Positions 12,464 through 23,456 are shown, counted from the whole stretch's first letter. The stretch is DNA of 63,250 bases, filler included, from Stramenopiles sp. TOSAG23-6 (GCA_900128565.1; 11 parts of 11 records of this genome joined end to end with filler, not necessarily neighbours in it), one strand, 5' to 3'. Notes: generated from the letters alone by a model not told the origin. Numbers and translations: made by a program.

Positions 12464-14088
12464 ACATGTATTGTAAAAAAAATTAAATTCGAAATTTGTT
12501 AGGTACAAAATTTTCAAAAAAAAAAAAATAAATTTGAAATTCATAATGAAAACGTACACAATCCAGCAGCTTCAACTCTTTTCCCAGCGGCAATTAGAAC
12601 ATCCGCATTATTCCCACAAAATTGAATCACTAGAGGTCGATCCTTTTGATGAAATGCAAAAGAATTTCTATGTATAGTGAAAAAATATTTAAAAAAAAAA
12701 AAAAAAAAAATCGTTAGGTACGAAATTTCGTACGAAAAAAAATTACATTTGAAATTGTGAAAACGTACATATACTTCTGAAACATTATACCCAGCGGCAT
12801 CTATCATTTGTGTTGAACATACACTACAATTATTCTCCCGTGCAAGCATTCTAAATGCTAAATCACTTTGACCTACCATTGGCGCACACCAAAATTTATG
12901 TTTTCGGGACAAAATTTCATGTACAAAATTAGATGTACAAGATTTCGTGCGAGGTTGAGACATATATCTTGGATACATTTTCATTATTTTACTTGAAGTA
13001 TTTTCTATATTGTTTTTACTATACACGAAATCTTCTGGATCTTTTTTTATATGTTGAACTATTTCATCACTACCTCCACCACCACCGAGTAATCTTGAAG
13101 ACAATGACATTTTATTGGATGTATTCGTTGAGTGGATTGGATCAGATTCGTGAAATTGTTTTTCTTGAGTTGATGCATCAGATTCGTGAAATTGTTTCTT
13201 TTGTTTCTCTTGTTTCTCTTTTTGTGATTTCAAATTGACACAATCAGTAAAATCGACATCAGCAAATGTGATAGACTTCGACGCATCAGGGTTTGCTTTC
13301 AACCATGCATCTACATGTAGAGCAGATTCATATAATTCCATCACCATTTTAGGTAAGAGTTTTCGAACAGCAAAATTCACTGCAAATGCTGGAATACTTC
13401 CTCCAGGATCTTCAAAAATTTTTATAACAAATTTACATGAAGTAGGTGTCAACGGTTCAATCATTTGAGTAGCATAAGATTGTGTAACACGTACAACACC
13501 AGTGAAAAATCCATATCGCAAAGGGCGAAGTTTTGCGTCTTCAGGATGTGGCCGAGAAAGACAAGTATAAATTTTTCTACATTTTCCATCTTTTGCCTCT
13601 TTTGCCTCTTTCGGTATAATAACGGAACCAAGACGTCGATAAAACACATAATCTCTATTAGACATTGGCATTGGGTATGCACTTTCCAAATATAGTACTT
13701 GACAACCTTTCTCCGACGTGATATGAGAAACTTCTTTACAATTAGAATCCCAATTTAGTCTGTACGAGTCATTATATGTTGCCTGAACCAAGGCTCTCGC
13801 AGACACAGGTAGCACACCAATAAAAATATACTCAAAAAGTGAAGACGGTGGTTTTCTCCGACGATATGCATTTACATGAATGCCATCTTTTTCTGGATAT
13901 GTAAAAAAGGCACTCCACTTTGGTGAAGAAGCGTCATCTTTGCTACTATTGTTGCTGGTGAGGGATTCTGGGGGTAGTGCTGGTTCATCTTTACATATTT
14001 CCTTGAGGATTTTAAGGGTTTCCGGAAGTAACTCTTCCTTCAAAATAGGACCAGATCCTCTTGGAGGCATTGTGCGATGGACACTCAT
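12464..14088 (-). CDS. START domain + tRNA-dihydrouridine synthase (DUS1-like) fusion, 3'-partial (mirror copy)
   Basis: Identical to 16963-18587; family A introns at 12670-12768 and 12466-12557. Confidence 0.75.
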
Positions 14089-14386
14089 TCTGAAATATTT
14101 GGAAATGTTGCCCCCACCTTTTTGATCTAATCAGTTCAGTGTATACTTTTGGAGTAATGACGGGAAAGACGATCCTAGTCGAAGGTAGTGTCGTCCGTTT
14201 AATTTGGTACGAAATTTTGGTACGAAATTTTGACAATGTTGATTGTTGGCCGTTGTTTAGTAAATACTATATAACATTGTGTCGCCAAGCTAGATTATTA
14301 TTCGGCTATTATTCCGTTGTTTAGAAAGTGAATACGCCTGTCTTTGTAAGACATTTGAAGAGTTCTCATTTTATTACATTCGATCT
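14089..14386. promoter_or_regulatory. Short divergent intergenic region between START-DUS and ATG7, containing a tandem GGTACGAAATTTT motif
   Basis: Head-to-head ORFs about 300 bp apart; motif occurs twice at ~14206-14231. Confidence 0.45.
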
Positions 14387-15429
14387 ATGTTAAAATATCA
14401 GTGTTTTTCATCTCATGTTGACGCTTCATTCTGGAAAGAGTTGGCTCGGCGAAAGCTTGATGAGTACTGTCTGAGTGACGCAGCTGTCGATATTGTCGGT
14501 TCATATGATGTTTCCCGTCACGGTGGGAAAATTGGTGCTCGAATGAGTGTTAGTGCTGACGCATTCCAGGTAGAAATTGACACGTATGCTAATAGTGGTG
14601 TTCGGTGTCGTGGTGTGCTCAGAAACTTTAACACTGTGGAAGAATTTAAAGCAGCCAATCGAACTAAAATGCTTAATGATCTTGGAATGGAAGTGTTATC
14701 AGATATTATTTCAGGTAAAGCGATAGAAGATCCGAGTAGGCTTAACCCTTTTCTCCTTGTTACCTTTGCAGATCTAAAGAAACATGTTTTTGTCTATTGG
14801 TTTGCGTTTCCTGCTCTAGTCCCTTCAAATAATGCTAACTTTTGTGGTTCAATTGAAACAACTTCTGAATATTTTTCCGATCCAGAAAAACAACTACCTT
14901 CCGTAGCCGAGATAGTATGTAAACTTGGAGGTGGATCCCGACCGGCTCCAGCATTTGTCATGCGTCGAAATAGTGAAACTGGTGAAATTGATATTTTTGA
15001 TCTGTCTATATTATTAGATGAAAATCCAGAAGATTTGAAAGCAAACTTTGTAATTGGCATTTTAGATCCAAGTTCATTACCAGAGAATCCTGGGTGGCCT
15101 ATCCGTAATATTTTGTTAATGATCGCCTTACGAATGAAGTTAAACACATTTCGTATTTTATGTTATAGAGATTATCCATGTCACTCTTTTACAAATTCGT
15201 CAATGAAAAGTGTATTTTTTACAGTGGATCTCAAGGGAATGTTGACGTCGGAGGTAATGTCGACATCTCTAACTCTTCCAAATTCGATTATTTCAAAAGT
15301 TTTAGGTTGGGAATGTAATAAAAAAGGCAAAATGGGTCCAAGACATGTCAATTTATCAAAACTCATGGACTCTCGTATGTTAGCTGATTCTGCAGTAGAT
15401 TTAAATTTGAAATTGATGAGATGGAGAAT
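14387..15429 (+). CDS. ATG7: Autophagy E1-like enzyme ATG7, N-terminal exon (3'-partial)
   Basis: FSSHVDASFWKELARRKLD, GVLRNFNTVEEFK, FLLVTFADLKKHVFVYWFAFPAL, NPGWPIRN, GWE, LADSAVDLNLKLMRWR motifs. Confidence 0.95.
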
Positions 15430-15525
15430 GTTCGTTTTCAAAATTGAATTTTGATTTTTTTTTTTTTTTTTTTTTTTTTCAAAACGTTTTTTAGGCTAAC
15501 TTTTTTTTTTTTTGAAAATTTTTTT
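15430..15525 (+). mobile_element. Family A-like intron start (GTTCGTTTTC...GCTAAC) truncated at the fold-back centre
   Basis: Begins where ATG7 similarity stops (aga at|GTTCG). Confidence 0.6.
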
Positions 15526-15621
15526 AAAAAAATTTTCAAAAAAAAAAAAAGTTAGCCTAAAAAACGTTTTGAAAAAAAAAAAAAAAAAAAAAAAAATCAA
15601 AATTCAATTTTGAAAACGAAC

Positions 15622-16664
15622 ATTCTCCATCTCATCAATTTCAAATTTAAATCTACTGCAGAATCAGCTAACATACGAGAGTCCATGAGTTTTGATAAAT
15701 TGACATGTCTTGGACCCATTTTGCCTTTTTTATTACATTCCCAACCTAAAACTTTTGAAATAATCGAATTTGGAAGAGTTAGAGATGTCGACATTACCTC
15801 CGACGTCAACATTCCCTTGAGATCCACTGTAAAAAATACACTTTTCATTGACGAATTTGTAAAAGAGTGACATGGATAATCTCTATAACATAAAATACGA
15901 AATGTGTTTAACTTCATTCGTAAGGCGATCATTAACAAAATATTACGGATAGGCCACCCAGGATTCTCTGGTAATGAACTTGGATCTAAAATGCCAATTA
16001 CAAAGTTTGCTTTCAAATCTTCTGGATTTTCATCTAATAATATAGACAGATCAAAAATATCAATTTCACCAGTTTCACTATTTCGACGCATGACAAATGC
16101 TGGAGCCGGTCGGGATCCACCTCCAAGTTTACATACTATCTCGGCTACGGAAGGTAGTTGTTTTTCTGGATCGGAAAAATATTCAGAAGTTGTTTCAATT
16201 GAACCACAAAAGTTAGCATTATTTGAAGGGACTAGAGCAGGAAACGCAAACCAATAGACAAAAACATGTTTCTTTAGATCTGCAAAGGTAACAAGGAGAA
16301 AAGGGTTAAGCCTACTCGGATCTTCTATCGCTTTACCTGAAATAATATCTGATAACACTTCCATTCCAAGATCATTAAGCATTTTAGTTCGATTGGCTGC
16401 TTTAAATTCTTCCACAGTGTTAAAGTTTCTGAGCACACCACGACACCGAACACCACTATTAGCATACGTGTCAATTTCTACCTGGAATGCGTCAGCACTA
16501 ACACTCATTCGAGCACCAATTTTCCCACCGTGACGGGAAACATCATATGAACCGACAATATCGACAGCTGCGTCACTCAGACAGTACTCATCAAGCTTTC
16601 GCCGAGCCAACTCTTTCCAGAATGAAGCGTCAACATGAGATGAAAAACACTGATATTTTAACAT
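15622..16664 (-). CDS. ATG7: ATG7 N-terminal exon (mirror copy)
   Basis: Reverse complement of 14387-15429. Confidence 0.85.
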
Positions 16665-16962
16665 AGATCGAATGTAATAAAATGAGAACTCTTCAAATGT
16701 CTTACAAAGACAGGCGTATTCACTTTCTAAACAACGGAATAATAGCCGAATAATAATCTAGCTTGGCGACACAATGTTATATAGTATTTACTAAACAACG
16801 GCCAACAATCAACATTGTCAAAATTTCGTACCAAAATTTCGTACCAAATTAAACGGACGACACTACCTTCGACTAGGATCGTCTTTCCCGTCATTACTCC
16901 AAAAGTATACACTGAACTGATTAGATCAAAAAGGTGGGGGCAACATTTCCAAATATTTCAGA

Positions 16963-18587
16963 ATGAGTGTCCATCGCACAATGCCTCCAAGAGGATCTGG
17001 TCCTATTTTGAAGGAAGAGTTACTTCCGGAAACCCTTAAAATCCTCAAGGAAATATGTAAAGATGAACCAGCACTACCCCCAGAATCCCTCACCAGCAAC
17101 AATAGTAGCAAAGATGACGCTTCTTCACCAAAGTGGAGTGCCTTTTTTACATATCCAGAAAAAGATGGCATTCATGTAAATGCATATCGTCGGAGAAAAC
17201 CACCGTCTTCACTTTTTGAGTATATTTTTATTGGTGTGCTACCTGTGTCTGCGAGAGCCTTGGTTCAGGCAACATATAATGACTCGTACAGACTAAATTG
17301 GGATTCTAATTGTAAAGAAGTTTCTCATATCACGTCGGAGAAAGGTTGTCAAGTACTATATTTGGAAAGTGCATACCCAATGCCAATGTCTAATAGAGAT
17401 TATGTGTTTTATCGACGTCTTGGTTCCGTTATTATACCGAAAGAGGCAAAAGAGGCAAAAGATGGAAAATGTAGAAAAATTTATACTTGTCTTTCTCGGC
17501 CACATCCTGAAGACGCAAAACTTCGCCCTTTGCGATATGGATTTTTCACTGGTGTTGTACGTGTTACACAATCTTATGCTACTCAAATGATTGAACCGTT
17601 GACACCTACTTCATGTAAATTTGTTATAAAAATTTTTGAAGATCCTGGAGGAAGTATTCCAGCATTTGCAGTGAATTTTGCTGTTCGAAAACTCTTACCT
17701 AAAATGGTGATGGAATTATATGAATCTGCTCTACATGTAGATGCATGGTTGAAAGCAAACCCTGATGCGTCGAAGTCTATCACATTTGCTGATGTCGATT
17801 TTACTGATTGTGTCAATTTGAAATCACAAAAAGAGAAACAAGAGAAACAAAAGAAACAATTTCACGAATCTGATGCATCAACTCAAGAAAAACAATTTCA
17901 CGAATCTGATCCAATCCACTCAACGAATACATCCAATAAAATGTCATTGTCTTCAAGATTACTCGGTGGTGGTGGAGGTAGTGATGAAATAGTTCAACAT
18001 ATAAAAAAAGATCCAGAAGATTTCGTGTATAGTAAAAACAATATAGAAAATACTTCAAGTAAAATAATGAAAATGTATCCAAGATATATGTCTCAACCTC
18101 GCACGAAATCTTGTACATCTAATTTTGTACATGAAATTTTGTCCCGAAAACATAAATTTTGGTGTGCGCCAATGGTAGGTCAAAGTGATTTAGCATTTAG
18201 AATGCTTGCACGGGAGAATAATTGTAGTGTATGTTCAACACAAATGATAGATGCCGCTGGGTATAATGTTTCAGAAGTATATGTACGTTTTCACAATTTC
18301 AAATGTAATTTTTTTTCGTACGAAATTTCGTACCTAACGATTTTTTTTTTTTTTTTTTTTAAATATTTTTTCACTATACATAGAAATTCTTTTGCATTTC
18401 ATCAAAAGGATCGACCTCTAGTGATTCAATTTTGTGGGAATAATGCGGATGTTCTAATTGCCGCTGGGAAAAGAGTTGAAGCTGCTGGATTGTGTACGTT
18501 TTCATTATGAATTTCAAATTTATTTTTTTTTTTTTGAAAATTTTGTACCTAACAAATTTCGAATTTAATTTTTTTTACAATACATGT
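16963..18587 (+). CDS. START (PCTP/STARD7-like) domain fused to tRNA-dihydrouridine synthase (DUS1-like), 3'-partial
   Basis: START: YRLNWD, YPMPMSNRDYVFYRR, EDPGGSIPAFAVN. DUS: CAPMVGQSDLAFRMLAR, DRPLVIQFCGN. Exons 16963-18282, 18382-18493, 18586-. Confidence 0.85.
18283..18381 (+). mobile_element. Family A non-canonical intron (GT...AT), 99 nt
   Basis: gta tat|GTACGTTTTC...GTACGAAATTTCGTACCTAAC...CACTATAC-AT|aga aat gives SEVY-RNSF; the TAG 2 nt further would frameshift DRPLVIQF. Confidence 0.85.
18494..18585 (+). mobile_element. Family A non-canonical intron (GT...AT), 92 nt
   Basis: ttg t|GTACGTTTTC...TACAATAC-AT|gt yields a Cys codon; no AG in the element. Confidence 0.75.
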
Positions 18588-18687
18588 NNNNNNNNNNNNN
18601 NNNNNNNNNNNNNNNNNNNNNNNNNNNNNNNTTAATTAATTAANNNNNNNNNNNNNNNNNNNNNNNNNNNNNNNNNNNNNNNNNNNN

Positions 18688-20877
18688 CACCTGCATTTAG
18701 ATTTGTTAATGTACTTGTTTTTATCGCATCTAGATCAAGTGATACATTTTCGTTTTCTTCAATTTCTTCCTGAATATTTTCATCTTCAGGAATTTCATTT
18801 ACTATTATAGGCTCACGCCAGTGACAACCAGGTTCCGCAAGACATCCACTTTGTCCGATTTTGGTTAAGTTCTCGCAACTATTTCGGTCTTTACAAGATA
18901 GCTCAGTTTCATTCCAAGCACATCCTTCGAGAGATTCACAAATCATTTTATGCATAGCTGGGATCTCTGAAATAGCTTTATTCCATTGTGATACAATTTT
19001 CACACGATTTGAGCAGATCGCTGTGCAATTATCTATATTGATTTCACATAAAGGTCCTGAATAATCATCATTACACATGCATTTAAATGACGCTTTTTTG
19101 TCGATACACTTTCCGCCGTGTTGACAAGGATTTGAGAGACACTCATGTATTGAATAAAAATAATATCAAATTCGAAATTCGTTAGGTACAAAATTTTGTA
19201 TGAAAAAAAAATTCATGATGAAAACATACATCTATATTATGTTCACAAAATTGTCCATCAAATCCATTCCTACATTCACAAGTGTACTCTGCAATACCAT
19301 CCACACACTTGGCCTTATTTTTACATTCATGTTCTAAACATTCATCGATTTCTGTACCACACAAAAGTCCTTTCCATATATATTGTGAAAAATATTTTTT
19401 TTTGTAAAATTCATTAGGTACAAAATTTCGTATGAAAAAAAAAATAATAATTTGAAAATCCTTATGAAAATCCTTATGAAAACATATCCTTTTGAACATT
19501 CACATTTAAAATTTTCCTTTGGCAAGTCTATGCATTTGCTATTATTTTTACACGGAGCGCTCACACAATCATCAATATCGATTTCACAAAATTCACCTGT
19601 AAATCCTTTCGTGCACTCACATGAATATTTTGCAACTTCATCGATACATTTTGATCCATTTTCACATTTATTGTTTCCACAGTCTTGTATTGTGAAAAAA
19701 TATTAAAAAAAAAAATGTTAGGTACAAAATTTCTTATGAAAAAAAATGAAATTTATCATGAAAACGTATATCAAGATCATGGTCACATAGTATACCGGAA
19801 AACCCAGTTTTGCATTCACAGTGAAATCTACCTCCCATTAAATTCTCACAAGAAGCTCCATTGTTGCAAGGTGAGCTTTCGCATTCATCAATATCGACAT
19901 CGCAAGTTTCACCAGTCCAACCTCTAGAACATGGATATTGTAAAAAATATTTTTTTTTGATTTAAAAAACATCGTTAGATATAAAATTTTCTATGAAAAA
20001 AAAATTTGAAATTTATGATGAAAACATATGTACACCTAAATCCTATAGGTAAGTCTGTACAAATACTATTATTTTGACAAGGTTTGGATTCGCAGTCATA
20101 GATATTGTGAAAAAATATTTTTTTTTGTAAAATTCATTAGGTACCAAATTTCGTATGAAAAAAATAAATTCAAATTAATGATGAAAACGTATCTTTAATA
20201 TCGTTTTCGCAAAAGATACCTCTTGTACCAGGATGACATTTACAATAGTAATCTCCATTTTTCTTGGCAATACATATTCCTTCATTTTTGCACGGAGATG
20301 AAGAACATGGACCCATAGCTTTTGCACAGTTTTTGCCTTCCCAACCAGGAGTACAACGACACATATAGTCTTTATTTTCATTTTTACACACGCCTTGCTT
20401 ACACGGATTTGGTGTACAAAGGTCTATATTTTCCTGTTTTGGAGGTTTCCTTTTTTCTATTTGTGTTTTCAATTCGGTTTCTGTGCAGTTTTCACCAGTA
20501 AATCCACTGATGCAGTCACACTTATACAAGCTACCTTGTTTTGTACATCTACCCCCATTCTTACAAGGTGACGTTGCACATGGATCTATTATTTTATCCA
20601 AGCGCGGATCTTCCCAAGAGGTATTTCCAGTTTTACTGTTGTAATAGTATGTATTTCCAGTACTATCATCTATATGCGTTGTCCAGGTATCTTCTTCAAC
20701 TATTTTAGTTGTTTTCATTGACGCCGGTTTTTCCCATGTTGTTTCTTTTGTTTCCGTATTGTAATAATACTTGCGGCCTGAGCCTGTATCTGTGAATTCT
20801 TGCCAATCAGAAGTAATTAAACTCAAATTATTACTAAATGCAATGAGTAAGAACACAAATGTTGTATCAAATCTCAT
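18688..20877 (-). CDS. Signal peptide + 2 WW domains + about 9 EGF/Ca-EGF repeats (3'-partial, 6 exons)
   Basis: MRFDTTFVFLLIAFS; WQEFTDTGSGRKYYYNTETKETTWEKP; WTTHIDDSTGNTYYYNSKTGNTSWEDP; exons 20877-20193, 20099-20030, 19932-19770, 19684-19488, 19377-19230, 19144-18688 give continuous 6-Cys repeats. Confidence 0.9.
19145..19229 (-). mobile_element. Family A non-canonical intron (GT...AT), 85 nt
   Basis: ata gat|GTATGTTTTC...TTCAATAC-AT|gag tgt gives CEHNID-ECLSNPC; AT duplicated. Confidence 0.85.
19378..19487 (-). mobile_element. Family A non-canonical intron (AT...AT), 110 nt
   Basis: aaa gg|ATATGTTTTC...CACAATAT-AT|a tgg gives CSK-G-WKGLLC, keeping the conserved EGF Gly. Confidence 0.85.
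19685..19769 (-). mobile_element. Family A non-canonical intron (AT...AA), 85 nt
   Basis: ctt gat|ATACGTTTTC...CACAATAC-AA|gac tgt gives CDHDLD-DC. Confidence 0.8.
19933..20029 (-). mobile_element. Family A non-canonical intron (AT...CC), 97 nt
   Basis: tgt ac|ATATGTTTTC...TACAATAT-CC|a tgt gives FRC-T-CSRGWTG; boundary can slide a few nt. Confidence 0.8.
20100..20192 (-). mobile_element. Family A non-canonical intron (AT...CT), 93 nt
   Basis: aaa g|ATACGTTTTC...CACAATAT-CT|at gac tgc gives CENDIK-D-DC; an end 3 nt later is also in frame. Confidence 0.7.
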
Positions 20878-21137
20878 GGGAATCGCATGTATCCAAAGAC
20901 TATTTGTATCTATTAATAGTACGTGTTACGTGTTTTGCGTAGCCTACATTTGAATTTCATGGAATCGGAATCATCATATTCCATTCGGCCGGAGATTTTA
21001 AAATTAATAGAACCGAAAACAAAACGAAAACGCTTCGTCCTCTTCTTTTTGAAGAACATGCGATACCTACTAGACCGTGTCATCAAGAATGATTAAGGGA
21101 TTATGATTTTATGCTTAGTCGTTGGTAGTGACGAAAA

Positions 21138-21541
21138 TGGAAGCTAAGGACGACAAGCCCAGGAATAGTTTTGATGGCAGTAATTCTGGATTTACCAACT
21201 CTCGCTCAATCGGCCGCGTGAGTCCAAACCGTTTATTTAAACACAACATTAAAAGTGCTTTACAAGAATCAGCGCCATTTATTCGTTCTTCCGAGATCAT
21301 TTTCTCCAATGAATGTGACAATGAAGCAGAAATCCACATAAAATGTTTATCTGAAGGTGATGATTTAATCATTATCGCAAACTGGGTTGGAAAATCTCTT
21401 GGTTTTCGCTTATTGCGGAGTTTGCGACCATGTTTCAAAGTGACTCACTGCGATGACCTTCACTCTTTATTGATGCAATGCCCTTGCTATTCAGATGCTT
21501 TCAATTCTTCGCTTGCAAATAAATTAGCTACATTAACATAA
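21138..21541 (+). CDS. Hypothetical protein (~134 aa)
   Basis: Open frame with ATG, divergent from the EGF gene, higher GC than its flanks; no recognisable domain. Confidence 0.4.
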
Positions 21542-21824
21542 AACACGTCAATTTGTCATACAAAGAAAACGTGAAAAATAAGGGAATTAGGTTTAACGTA
21601 ACTCTCTAATCCAAAAACAATTGTTAGGTCAAAATGGATTGCCTTCAATTCGCAGGATATTACTGAGTTATTCGCGAAAGTAATAAAAATGGTTTATTTT
21701 TTGACTTTTATTTTTTATTACAATTTATGCGTTGTGCTTACAATTTATGCGTTGTGCGAGAAAATAGTAGATTTGTCTATACAGAGGTATTGAAACCACA
21801 GACTTAAACAACAAACAGTGATAA

Positions 21825-23456
21825 TTAAATAATTTTAATATTTTCTGGCTTTACAGAAATAGAAGCTGCACCATTGCACGGTCGTACACCAAGCCTTCCA
21901 TTTTTCATTATCGTTTTTGTAACCACACCTTCAGTGCCATTCAAAGACTCTCCCTTCTCCGAAGTAAGATTAAAAAATCGAACTTTATCTCCTATCGCAA
22001 ATTTATGGATTGTAATATTTTCTGGCTTTACAGAAATAGAAGCTGCACTATTGCACGGTCGTACACCAAGCCTTCCATTTTTCATTATCGTTTTTGTAAC
22101 CACACCTTCAGTGCCATTCAAAGACTCTCCCTTCTCCGAAGTAAGATTAAAAAATCGAACTTTATCTCCTATCGCAAATTTATGGATTGTGGGGACATCT
22201 ACTGCTGCTAACTTCTTAACATCTGATAAATTCTCAACTTCTGCTGCCGCCGCCGCCGCCGCTGCTGTTCCTGCTCCCGCTGCTGCGGTCGCTGCTCCTG
22301 CCGCTGCTCCTGCTCCTGCCACTGCTGCCGCCGCTGCCGCTGCTGTTTTCCTCGCGTCAGCTGTCTCCGAATGGATGCCACCTCGTCGTAAATGAGGTAG
22401 AAGTCTCTCTCTAGCATCAAAATCCTTCATCGTCTTCTGAAGTTGTTCATCCATGTTTCCCGCAATTAAATCGATCAAGTCGTCAGCTAAGTGATTTGCT
22501 TGGACGGTGCCATTGGAAATCATGTCCTGACATACCCGAGATAAGTACAATTTTAGTCTTGCTGTATATGTATTCCAAACACTTCCAGGAATCACAGTTA
22601 GTTGTTGCTGCGTTCTATCACGCCTAAAAAACAAATCATTTCTATTGATACGTTTTTCAGACATAAAAGAGATTGGTCTGTGATCACCGTCGCCATAAGC
22701 AGGAAAAGTTTCGGTCTTGTCATGAAGGTCAGCACAATGAGGTTTAATAATCCATCCGTCTGGTCGAATTACAATTTCAGTGAAAAGGAAACCCATAAAA
22801 ACCCCATGTACAGTCTCAAAGTCATCAATAACACTATCGGCACGCAAATCATTTTTCGACCTATGATAATACATCACCTCTGCTCCACTTTGGTGTCTAA
22901 ACACAGGCGCACCATTTTGATATTTGTCTTGTATATTGTATCTGCCAGATTCAATACTTTTTCTTAAAGAATATACGTATACGTCTTCATCGAATAAGTC
23001 CTGATTTTTATGCTCTTCATATTCATCTCTGTCCCGTGTTACTCTAGGCGGAAAGCTGAAAGAATAATTAATATAATTATTTGGATCAAGCCTCTCTGCG
23101 GCTCTATTCCATTGCCCAGTTGGGGAACTTGTAGTTATTTCATACCAGTGTTTATTAGTTTGACCCAATATCCACCGGTCGTCTAAACCCCCACGCCAAA
23201 TGAATATTTTACCCTCTTTGCTTTCTTTTGAAAAGATAATTTCACGTGCGTTTTCTGATTCTGATGGATCCTGTGTGTAGATTCCGTTAGCGTTTTTATA
23301 ACCAGCACCATACACATAGAGGTGTTCTGGAATTTCAGGTTCAGGTTCAAGTTCAGTTGCTCCATTTACAGTTCTATTTCTACAATTAAAAATAAGCGTC
23401 ACGAGCAACAGCTTAAGGAAGGTGGCCAACAGAAACACTTTAATAAAAGTTATCAT
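21825..23456 (-). CDS. Intronless 543-aa protein: hydrophobic N-terminus, poly-Ala linker, two near-identical 59-aa SH3/KOW-like C-terminal repeats
   Basis: Long ORF; repeat IHKFAIGDKVRFFNLTSEKGESLNGTEGVV...SVKPENI twice. Confidence 0.75.
   Translation of the reverse strand: MITFIKVFLLATFLKLLLVTLIFNCRNRTVNGATELEPEPEIPEHLYVYGAGYKNANGIYTQDPSESENAREIIFSKESKEGKIFIWRGGLDDRWILGQTNKHWYEITTSSPTGQWNRAAERLDPNNYINYSFSFPPRVTRDRDEYEEHKNQDLFDEDVYVYSLRKSIESGRYNIQDKYQNGAPVFRHQSGAEVMYYHRSKNDLRADSVIDDFETVHGVFMGFLFTEIVIRPDGWIIKPHCADLHDKTETFPAYGDGDHRPISFMSEKRINRNDLFFRRDRTQQQLTVIPGSVWNTYTARLKLYLSRVCQDMISNGTVQANHLADDLIDLIAGNMDEQLQKTMKDFDARERLLPHLRRGGIHSETADARKTAAAAAAAVAGAGAAAGAATAAAGAGTAAAAAAAAEVENLSDVKKLAAVDVPTIHKFAIGDKVRFFNLTSEKGESLNGTEGVVTKTIMKNGRLGVRPCNSAASISVKPENITIHKFAIGDKVRFFNLTSEKGESLNGTEGVVTKTIMKNGRLGVRPCNGAASISVKPENIKII
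21837..22189. repeat. 177-bp tandem duplication within CDS
   Basis: Two copies offset by 177 nt with one visible substitution (Ser/Gly). Confidence 0.9.

Larger units (their letters stand above)
12464..18587. repeat. Fold-back (inverted-duplicated) contig, centre ~15525/15526
   Basis: Mirror ORFs 12541-14088-/16963-18510+ and 14387-15454+/15597-16664-. Confidence 0.95.

Noticed and set aside
18283-18381. Treating the in-frame 99-nt insert as coding (FFSYEISYLTIFFFF)
   Set aside because: The same nucleotide element appears in all frames in unrelated genes, often with stops, and interrupts the DUS domain.
6236-18587. Giant palindromes as real hairpin chromosomes or inverted gene duplications
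   Set aside because: Arms are essentially identical and truncate genes (ATG7) mid-intron, typical of amplification or assembly fold-backs; read data would be needed to rescue this.
19145-20192. Ordinary U12 AT-AC introns
   Set aside because: No ATATCCTT donor or TCCTTAAC branch close to the 3' end; the AC-ending register loses a conserved Gly at 19487 and gives inconsistent 5' dinucleotides across copies.
21718-21757. 20-bp tandem duplication TTACAATTTATGCGTTGTGC
   Set aside because: Two-copy intergenic slippage duplication with no other support.
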